Shown in pieces: positions 1 through 6,055 of a stretch of 11,455 nucleotides of DNA; the stretch's first letter is position 1, and the number at the start of each line of letters is the position of its first letter. This stretch comes from an uncultured archaeon (GTDB taxonomy: Archaea > Asgardarchaeota > Lokiarchaeia > Sigyniarchaeales > SOKP01): the NCBI GenBank assembly GCA_964583985.1, contig CAZOYD010000090.1:1-11455 (forward strand), written 5' to 3'. The notes under the pieces were generated by a model. It made no database searches. It was given only the letters and a program-made list of their open reading frames with translations, and had not been told where the DNA came from. Made by a program: the position numbers and the translations under genes.

Positions 1-13
1 CATTATCAGACAT
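1..13 (-). CDS. Probable 5' end of a gene running off the left edge (MSDN...)
   Basis: The reverse complement reads ...aaatGAGGAaaaattaATGTCTGATAATG. This puts an SD-like GAGGA 7 nt before an ATG at 13-11, and the frame is open to the window edge. Only 4 codons are visible. Confidence 0.45.
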
Positions 14-103
14 TAATTTTTCCTCATTTTTTACAATTTTAATTGTGCGATAATCACACACTACTTAGTAAAAAAAAAGAAATCAGAAATATAAACCTCT
101 TTA

Positions 104-123
104 TTATGAAAGATAATTCATAA
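104..123. promoter_or_regulatory. 7-6-7 inverted repeat TTATGAA-agataa-TTCATAA, candidate transcription-factor operator in a divergent promoter region
   Basis: Perfect 7-bp arms (104-110, 117-123) are seen directly. The DNA is AT-rich, so a chance occurrence is possible. Confidence 0.3.
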
Positions 124-248
124 CTATCAAAGTGAAAATAAAAAAATGCCAATAACTGCTATTATTTATTTTGTATAATTTCTTATTTCTTGCCAGAAGG
201 CTATAGATGGATTTTAAAACGCAATATACAAAAAAAAGTTAGAAAATA

Positions 249-415
249 ATGATGGAATAAATAGAAAAAATCCAGCGATTAGAAAACTGGGTACTATTGT
301 ATGAAGAAAGAGGGTGAATTATACCTACAGATATTTATGTTCTTGTATTTGAAGCTTTTTTAGATAATAAAGTAATTGAGATTCTTTTTATGGAATAAGA
401 GAATAAGAGAAATCC
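249..415 (+). pseudogene. Degenerate 5' fragment of a GH2 beta-mannosidase gene (homologous to 1104-1271)
   Basis: Manual translation from ATG249 gives MME*IEKIQRLENWVLLYEERG*IIPTDIYVLVFEAFLDNKVIE, then after a 1-nt frameshift near 380, DSFYGIRE*EKS. This aligns collinearly with MMEIVEKIILPDNWVLLNEEKNLKMPTMVPGSVFETLIDNEIISDPFYGLMEHEVS, with 28/56 identical residues by hand count, three in-frame stops and one frameshift. Confidence 0.88.
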
Positions 416-427
416 AAAATGATACTA

Positions 428-440
428 AGTATATTAAGTT
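428..440 (+). promoter_or_regulatory. Putative archaeal TATA box for mntP (probably a leaderless or short-leader transcript)
   Basis: agTATATTAAgtt lies about 30 nt upstream of ATG467, and there is no SD before the ATG. It is overlapped by a short palindrome ATACT-A-AGTAT (422-432). Confidence 0.35.
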
Positions 441-466
441 ACGTTTATTATTTTTATTTGATTTGA

Positions 467-1048
467 ATGGACTATATTACTCTTATTTTGTTAATTCTAG
501 GTTTAAGTTTAGATGATTTTGCAATTGCACTCGCTGTTGGCTTGCTGTATTCAACAAAATCATTGAAAAATAAAGCAATTTTTGCGTTTCGAGTAGCAAT
601 TGCTTTTACAATTCCAACGGTGTTTTTTCCTTTCCTCGGATGGATGTTGGGTCTTGTATTAAGCCCTTTAATTTCTTCTCTGAGTGCTTGGATTATATTC
701 ATTATTTTCGTCGTTATTGGTATTTGGATTATCCTAGACGCACTTGAAGAAAAAGAGGCACAAAAATTAACATCCAAAAATTTGGGATCTTTTTGGGTCT
801 TATTAGTTCTGGGAGCATTGACCAGTATTGATGAAGGTGCTATCGGAATTACATTTCCCTTTTTAGATATCCCCATAACGATCATATTCATCACCTTAGT
901 TATCGTCAATATTTTATTGGGAGTATTTGGGGTATTAATAGGTTTAGATTCCAAAAAAATTCAACAGAAACCAGCAGAGGTACTAGCGGGGGTTCTATTA
1001 GTTTGTGTAGGGCTTAAAATGTTAATTGAAAGCATTTTAAATCTTTGA
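467..1048 (+). CDS. mntP: Manganese efflux pump MntP family (DUF204) membrane protein
   Basis: 193 aa with ~6 hydrophobic helices. It has the two repeated family motifs LGLSLDDFAIALAVG (cf. LSMDAFAVS) and GALTSIDEGAIG (cf. ATSIDALAVG), and the C-terminal AEVLAGVLLVCVGLKML (cf. AEllGGliLIliGlKil). Confidence 0.85.
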   Translation: MDYITLILLILGLSLDDFAIALAVGLLYSTKSLKNKAIFAFRVAIAFTIPTVFFPFLGWMLGLVLSPLISSLSAWIIFIIFVVIGIWIILDALEEKEAQKLTSKNLGSFWVLLVLGALTSIDEGAIGITFPFLDIPITIIFITLVIVNILLGVFGVLIGLDSKKIQQKPAEVLAGVLLVCVGLKMLIESILNL

Positions 1049-1073
1049 TAATATCCGTTTTACAAAATAGGAG

Positions 1074-1086
1074 TTTAATATAAAAA
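1074..1086 (+). promoter_or_regulatory. Putative TATA box for the beta-mannosidase gene
   Basis: TTTAATATAAAAA lies about 20-30 nt upstream of ATG1104. A similar AATATAcAAAAAAAA sits at comparable spacing upstream of the relic copy (223-237). Confidence 0.35.
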
Positions 1087-1103
1087 ACAAAAATTTGGCT
1101 TTA

Positions 1104-3725
1104 ATGATGGAAATTGTAGAGAAGATCATACTTCCAGATAATTGGGTATTATTGAATGAAGAAAAAAATCTTAAGATGCCCACTATGGTTCCAGGATCAG
1201 TATTTGAAACCCTAATCGATAATGAAATAATTAGTGATCCTTTTTACGGATTGATGGAACACGAAGTCTCGTGGGTTTATGAATCAGATTGGGATTATAT
1301 TATAGAATTTAATTTGGAACCTGCTTTTTTAGAGCATGAAAACATTTTACTCCGTTGTAATGGACTAGATACCATCTCCGAAGTTTTTCTGAACGGGGAT
1401 ATTATTGGACATACAGATAACATGTTTGTGAGATATGATTTTCGAGTTAAATCGAAATTAAAGATTAAAGGAAATAAACTTATAATTAAATTTAAAAGCC
1501 CGACAAAAGCAGCTCGCGAGCTGAGAGAAAAAAAAGGATTTAATTTAAACACGGGTTATGCTGCACTTTCTGGAGTTCCATATCTGCGTAAAGCACAATA
1601 TTCTTTTGGATGGGATTGGGGACCAAAATTACCTGATATTGGAATATGGAAACTTATTGAGTTGGTTGGTTATGATAATCTTATTATAGATTCCATTTCC
1701 ATTAATGAGACTTTACATTATAATAAAAATCCAAGTGAGTTTTCTAAATCAGAGGAGATTTCTGATCTTAGCGTAGTATCAGCAGATTTATCCATCGAAA
1801 TGAATTTGAGATCAAGTTTATCAATAAATGAGCTTAATAATTATAGATTTGGTGTGGAAATAAAAGCTCCTGATGGCAAGTTATTTACTATTGAAAAACC
1901 TATCAATAATTTGACCCCAAAAGCAAAATTTACGCTTAAAAAACCATTTCTATGGTGGACTCATGATCTTGGTGTCCCCAATCTATATGATCTTTCTGTT
2001 AGAATTATGAGGAACGAACTTATAGATTCTTTTGAGCAAAAAGTAGGAATAAGAGAGGTTAAAGTAATTCAAAATAATGACAAATGGGGCAAATCATTTT
2101 TCTTCCGGTTAAACGGCATCCCTTTATTTGCTAAAGGGGCTAATTGGATTCCAGTAGACAGCTTTATACCACGAGGTAAAAAAGGAAATCTTTACCAATC
2201 AAACTTGGTCTCCGCTAAGGAAGCCAACATGAACATGATTCGCGTTTGGGGTGGTGGAATATATGAAGATGATTTAATGTACGATATATGTGATGAACTT
2301 GGCATTTTAATATGGCAAGATTTCCCATTTGCCTGTGCTGTTTATTTTCTTGATACGGAATTTATTGAAAATATAAAAATCGAAGCTTCTCAAAACATTC
2401 AAAGATTACGAAATCATCCAAGCTTAGCCTTATGGTGCGGAAATAATGAAATTGAATGGTTATGGAGTTTGGAACTGCAACAATCTGATATTACTGAAAT
2501 CAAGGCGATAAGTGAATTCAAGGCTGGATACTTGAAGATTTTTGAGAATATTTTACCTGAACTAATAAATAAATACGATCCGAACCATTTATATTGGCCA
2601 AGTTCTCCATCCAATGGTTTTGTAGGAGATAGTCTTGGAACACAACTCTCAAATTCACCTGATATTGGTGACTCTCATTTTTGGGATGTGTGGCATGGAA
2701 ATAAACCATTTCGAGCTTATAGGGACTTTTATTCACGCTTCATGTCAGAATTTGGTTATGAATCCTTTCCATCTCTCAATACCATTAGAAATTTTTGTCC
2801 CGTTGATCAATTTGATTTCTTCTCACCAATAATGGAAAACCATCAAAAAAATTCAACGGGAAATAAGAAAATCTTAAGGTATATGAAAAAGCGATTTGAA
2901 ATTCCTCCTGAATTTGAAAAACAAGTGATTCTGTCTCAAATTACTCAAGCTGAAGCAATTCAACATGGTGTTGAGCATTGGAGATGCAATCGAAATGATT
3001 TTCATTGTATGGGGTCATTATATTGGCAATTAAATGATTGTTGGCCGGTAGCAAGCTGGTCATCAGTAGATTATTATGGTCGCTGGAAAGCATTACATTA
3101 TTTTGCCAAACGTTTTTATCAAAATGTTAGTGCAATCATAAAAGAAGATAAAAATTCAATAGAATTTTGGGTAATAAATGATTTAAGAGAAAGAATCTCA
3201 GTCTTGTTTGAATGGGGGATCTTTAATTCAGATTCGAATAAAATAAGTGAAGGAAAATTCGAAGTTGATATCTTACCCCTGTCATCAAAAATGGTGGGAT
3301 CATTTAATGTGAAAAATATTGATATTCTAAATGAAAATATTCAAGATCACATCATATTCTATCAACTTAAATCTCACGATGAGAATATCATTGATCAAGG
3401 AATGCGACTTTTTGATGCGCCTAAGCGTTTTCACTTACAAGACCCTTTCATAAAATGGGAAATAATTGAAATAGTAAATGATGATTTGACAGATATTGAA
3501 GTAAAAATTAAAATTTCAACTGAATTTATCGCTCTTTTCATCTTTATAGATTCTGAAGAATTTGATTTTGTTACTTCTGATAATTATTTCTCTATGGAAC
3601 CTTGTGCAACAAGAATAATCAACTTATATCAATTAAAAAAAAGAGATGGTTCTGTGGTATCAACTCAACAAATAAAAAACAATGCGTTCAGTATAAGATC
3701 CCTATTTGATCTGATCGCTTCTTAA
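1104..3725 (+). CDS. Beta-mannosidase, glycoside hydrolase family 2 (no signal peptide, likely cytoplasmic)
   Basis: Hallmark motifs LRKAQYSFGWDWGP, FAKGANWIP, NMIRVWGGGIYE, WQDFPFAC, LWCGNNE (acid/base Glu), RFMSEFG (nucleophile Glu) and GSLYWQLNDCWP. ATG1104 is preferred over TTG1095 because the relic copy also begins MME. Confidence 0.95.
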   Translation: MMEIVEKIILPDNWVLLNEEKNLKMPTMVPGSVFETLIDNEIISDPFYGLMEHEVSWVYESDWDYIIEFNLEPAFLEHENILLRCNGLDTISEVFLNGDIIGHTDNMFVRYDFRVKSKLKIKGNKLIIKFKSPTKAARELREKKGFNLNTGYAALSGVPYLRKAQYSFGWDWGPKLPDIGIWKLIELVGYDNLIIDSISINETLHYNKNPSEFSKSEEISDLSVVSADLSIEMNLRSSLSINELNNYRFGVEIKAPDGKLFTIEKPINNLTPKAKFTLKKPFLWWTHDLGVPNLYDLSVRIMRNELIDSFEQKVGIREVKVIQNNDKWGKSFFFRLNGIPLFAKGANWIPVDSFIPRGKKGNLYQSNLVSAKEANMNMIRVWGGGIYEDDLMYDICDELGILIWQDFPFACAVYFLDTEFIENIKIEASQNIQRLRNHPSLALWCGNNEIEWLWSLELQQSDITEIKAISEFKAGYLKIFENILPELINKYDPNHLYWPSSPSNGFVGDSLGTQLSNSPDIGDSHFWDVWHGNKPFRAYRDFYSRFMSEFGYESFPSLNTIRNFCPVDQFDFFSPIMENHQKNSTGNKKILRYMKKRFEIPPEFEKQVILSQITQAEAIQHGVEHWRCNRNDFHCMGSLYWQLNDCWPVASWSSVDYYGRWKALHYFAKRFYQNVSAIIKEDKNSIEFWVINDLRERISVLFEWGIFNSDSNKISEGKFEVDILPLSSKMVGSFNVKNIDILNENIQDHIIFYQLKSHDENIIDQGMRLFDAPKRFHLQDPFIKWEIIEIVNDDLTDIEVKIKISTEFIALFIFIDSEEFDFVTSDNYFSMEPCATRIINLYQLKKRDGSVVSTQQIKNNAFSIRSLFDLIAS

Positions 3726-3798
3726 TTATTTTTATCTAATGCATGGTATTATTGTTTTTTAAGAGGAAATACTTAAAAATTCGTGCTTTTTACATATT

Positions 3799-3808
3799 CT
3801 ATATAAAA
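3799..3808 (+). promoter_or_regulatory. Putative TATA box (cTATATAAAA) upstream of the longin-roadblock gene
   Basis: A good TATA-like sequence lies about 20-25 nt before ATG3825. Confidence 0.35.
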
Positions 3809-3824
3809 CGATTTGGAAACAAAG

Positions 3825-4577
3825 ATGTTAATACATTCATTATTCATTTTACAAAAATCAGGAGCTTGCTTATACTCACAGAATTTTACTGACAAATTTA
3901 AAAATATAGAAGCGAATTTAATCACACCCTTTTTTTCTGCAATCTTCTCCTTTTCTGAAAATGTAATAATGAAAGAAACGCCAGAAATTCTGGAAATGGG
4001 AGGATTTAGATTTGTTTTCAAGGTCGAGAAAGATTATATTTTTGCAATCCTTTCTGATTCAAGCGCTAACTTGTTATTCATTAAGTCTCGATTGATTGGC
4101 ATAATTGAAGCTTTTAAGGATTTTAAAAATAAATATAAAGTAGAAGATTATGAAGAAATTCATAATAAGTTGTTTGATTTGCAGATTCACTCAATTATAG
4201 CTGGCTCCGAAGAAATCATTGAGAGTCAGCCATTTTATTCCAAGATAATCGAAATGATGAAAAAGCTCATATTCGAGAATGAAATTATAGGAGCTGCAGT
4301 TTTCTCGATTAGTGGAAATGTTATCTATTCCTCACTCCCACAAGAAATTCTCTTATCATCATTAAAAGAATTTGAAATTAGACATGCTGTAGCTACTGAA
4401 TATAGCACCACGTTTTATAGTTTAGAAAACAATCAAAAAATATTTTCACGAGTTATTAATATTCCATGGAAGCTTGACCCGTTATTAGTTGTTATTTATT
4501 TTGATTCTACGGTATCTCTCGGAATGGCAGAGCTTAATCTTGACAAAATTTCAAAAACGATTCAAAACATTATCTGA
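3825..4577 (+). CDS. Longin-like domain fused to a roadblock/LC7 (MglB/LAMTOR-like) domain; Asgard-type eukaryotic signature protein
   Basis: The N-terminal half has the longin pattern: IHSLFILQKSGACLYSQNF (beta hairpin), LITPFFSAIFSFSE (helix) and ILEMGGFRFVF...YIFAILSD (three strands), followed by helices. The C-terminal half has the roadblock pattern: a helix, EIIGAAVFSISGNVIYSSLP, a helix, three strands ending LLVVIYF, and the final helix SLGMAELNLDKISKTI. The start is either ATG3825 or TTG3813. Confidence 0.75.
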   Translation: MLIHSLFILQKSGACLYSQNFTDKFKNIEANLITPFFSAIFSFSENVIMKETPEILEMGGFRFVFKVEKDYIFAILSDSSANLLFIKSRLIGIIEAFKDFKNKYKVEDYEEIHNKLFDLQIHSIIAGSEEIIESQPFYSKIIEMMKKLIFENEIIGAAVFSISGNVIYSSLPQEILLSSLKEFEIRHAVATEYSTTFYSLENNQKIFSRVINIPWKLDPLLVVIYFDSTVSLGMAELNLDKISKTIQNII

Positions 4578-4674
4578 ACTAATCGAAAAAAAATTTGAGT
4601 AACTAAGCAAGATGATTCAGAATATTAAAGGTAAAAAAATCTTTTTTTATGGCTAATAATTTTTAGGGATACTC

Positions 4675-5943
4675 ATGTATGATATAATCGTAATTGGAGC
4701 TGGCATGTGTGGGGTCTCGGTTGCATATAAAACTTCTCAGTATGCTAAGGTTCTCTTAATCGAAGGACAAGATTACAATAATCAGATTCCCATAAGAACG
4801 AATATATTTGCTCAACATGATAAACCCTTCATTGATGATATTTTTTGGAATGATGATATTGCTTTTCCAAGATCATTTACACAATTAAATTACAAGAGTG
4901 AGCAAAATGATGGGCTCATTAAAGCAGATGAATTTGGAACGATTCCAATTGGAAAAATCACTCACACAGAAGTTCTGATCGAAAAATTTATTCACAAGTT
5001 TGAAGAACATGGTGGCGAAACACGCTTCAATCAGCGAATAGTGAAAGTGATTCGACATGCGGATCATCTCGAAATAATAAATAATAAGGGGGAAAGTTTT
5101 CAATGCAAGTTATTAGTTTTAGCTACGGGATCGAGAGGATTTGATCTGCAGCGGTCTTTAGGGTTTGAAACTCCAGACGCGTTCAACGGAATTTCTCTAA
5201 ACACGGAAGTAGATGAGAATATTCTAAATGAAAATTTCTCATTTCAATACATGTTTCATCTTAATCCCAATATCAGTCCTAATGGTCCATTCTTCTTCAA
5301 TGTAGGAAAGGGAAGACTTTACACGGGGTTTATGGGGAATAAGGAATCTCCCGACCAATTGAAAGAAAAATTGAAAAGAATTTTGAATAATTATAAAAAA
5401 ATCGAAACTTACGTGAAAGGAGTTTCTTGGGATTTCTCTCAAGTTGTGATTGGTGACGTCTCCAAGCACCCGATAAGTAAAATGACTAGTGATAGAATCA
5501 TGGTATTAGGTGAAGCTGCAGGTTTAGTCACTGCATTTTTCTATGAGGGGATGTTATGTGGCTTAGCAAGTGCTGATATTGCTTCAAAAGTTATAGAACC
5601 TTTATTATCGGACACCACAGAGTTTTCAAGTGCAGAATTGGTTAAGTATGATCAAGAAATAAAACGATTCTTACTTGATGGTTATTTTCGGAACGGAAAT
5701 GCCTGCGAATACTTATTTTATGGAAACCCAAACTCAATGAAATCAATTTGGAATGCTTATACAGAAATGCTGGTGAAAAATAAAACAGTGAGACAATTCG
5801 TTTATGAGGTATTGATGATACAAGATTTAACAAAATATAACACAGATAATGATAGATGGGTTGGAGAACGCCTTTTTGGACATTTACCTCTACTTTCTAA
5901 AGCAACTTTATGGCCCAAATTTCTGAAAGCAATGAGTTTTTAA
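4675..5943 (+). CDS. FAD-dependent oxidoreductase, divergent geranylgeranyl reductase (GGR/FixC) family
   Basis: N-terminal Rossmann motif YDIIVIGAGMCG...VLLIE, mid-protein LVLATG, and C-terminal FAD motif IMVLGEAAGLVTAFFYEGM (cf. GDAAGxVxPxxGxGI). The 422-aa length is typical of the family. Confidence 0.8.
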   Translation: MYDIIVIGAGMCGVSVAYKTSQYAKVLLIEGQDYNNQIPIRTNIFAQHDKPFIDDIFWNDDIAFPRSFTQLNYKSEQNDGLIKADEFGTIPIGKITHTEVLIEKFIHKFEEHGGETRFNQRIVKVIRHADHLEIINNKGESFQCKLLVLATGSRGFDLQRSLGFETPDAFNGISLNTEVDENILNENFSFQYMFHLNPNISPNGPFFFNVGKGRLYTGFMGNKESPDQLKEKLKRILNNYKKIETYVKGVSWDFSQVVIGDVSKHPISKMTSDRIMVLGEAAGLVTAFFYEGMLCGLASADIASKVIEPLLSDTTEFSSAELVKYDQEIKRFLLDGYFRNGNACEYLFYGNPNSMKSIWNAYTEMLVKNKTVRQFVYEVLMIQDLTKYNTDNDRWVGERLFGHLPLLSKATLWPKFLKAMSF

Positions 5944-5978
5944 ACATTTTTTAACTTTTTAGATCCATTTTATGACAA

Positions 5979-6013
5979 ATTGTTAATCATACTGATTGTT
6001 AATCAGTATGCTT
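5979..6013. repeat. Perfect 10-bp inverted repeat nested with an 11-bp direct repeat; possible bidirectional terminator or protein-binding site
   Basis: CATACTGATT-gtt-AATCAGTATG (5988-6010), with ATTGTTAATCA at 5979-5989 and again at 5995-6005. It lies between two convergent stop codons. Confidence 0.65.
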
Positions 6014-6055
6014 CAAATCTCTTATAAATTTAATTAGTTTTCCTTTTTATTCTTC

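Noticed and set aside
393-412. GAATAAGA tandem repeat (2 copies plus a partial)
   Set aside because: It is too short and low-complexity, lies within the decayed pseudogene, and is not CRISPR-like.
249-415. Reading the relic's stops as recoded (Sec or alternative genetic code) so that it is a live small gene
   Set aside because: Two of the three stops are TAA, there is also a frameshift, homology ends after ~56 codons, and neighbouring genes use the standard stop codons.
472-954. 160-aa minus-strand ORF opposite mntP
   Set aside because: It is the antisense shadow of a hydrophobic, T-rich membrane protein gene, with N/K/I/T-biased composition and no motifs.
416-1103. mntP as cargo of an IS or MITE
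   Set aside because: No transposase, terminal inverted repeats or exact target-site duplication are visible, and the flanking homology is far too diverged to be a TSD.
1295-2832. Short alternative-frame or antisense ORFs inside the beta-mannosidase gene (1295-1552, 2414-2614, 2518-2736, 2635-2832)
   Set aside because: They lie fully within a strongly supported gene and have no recognisable features.
4633-4648. A7-TC-T7 inverted repeat
   Set aside because: Homopolymer symmetry is expected in AT-rich DNA, and this is more likely part of the promoter or terminator between the two genes.
467-5943. Four co-oriented genes as one functional operon or system
   Set aside because: Their functions are unrelated and each has its own TATA-like element just upstream, so the sequence alone gives no support for a shared pathway.
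5944-6055. Possible SECIS element or Xer/dif site in the convergent intergenic region
   Set aside because: Neither flanking gene has an internal in-frame UGA, and I could build no SECIS-like stem. The palindrome has a 3-nt spacer rather than the 11-6-11 dif architecture.
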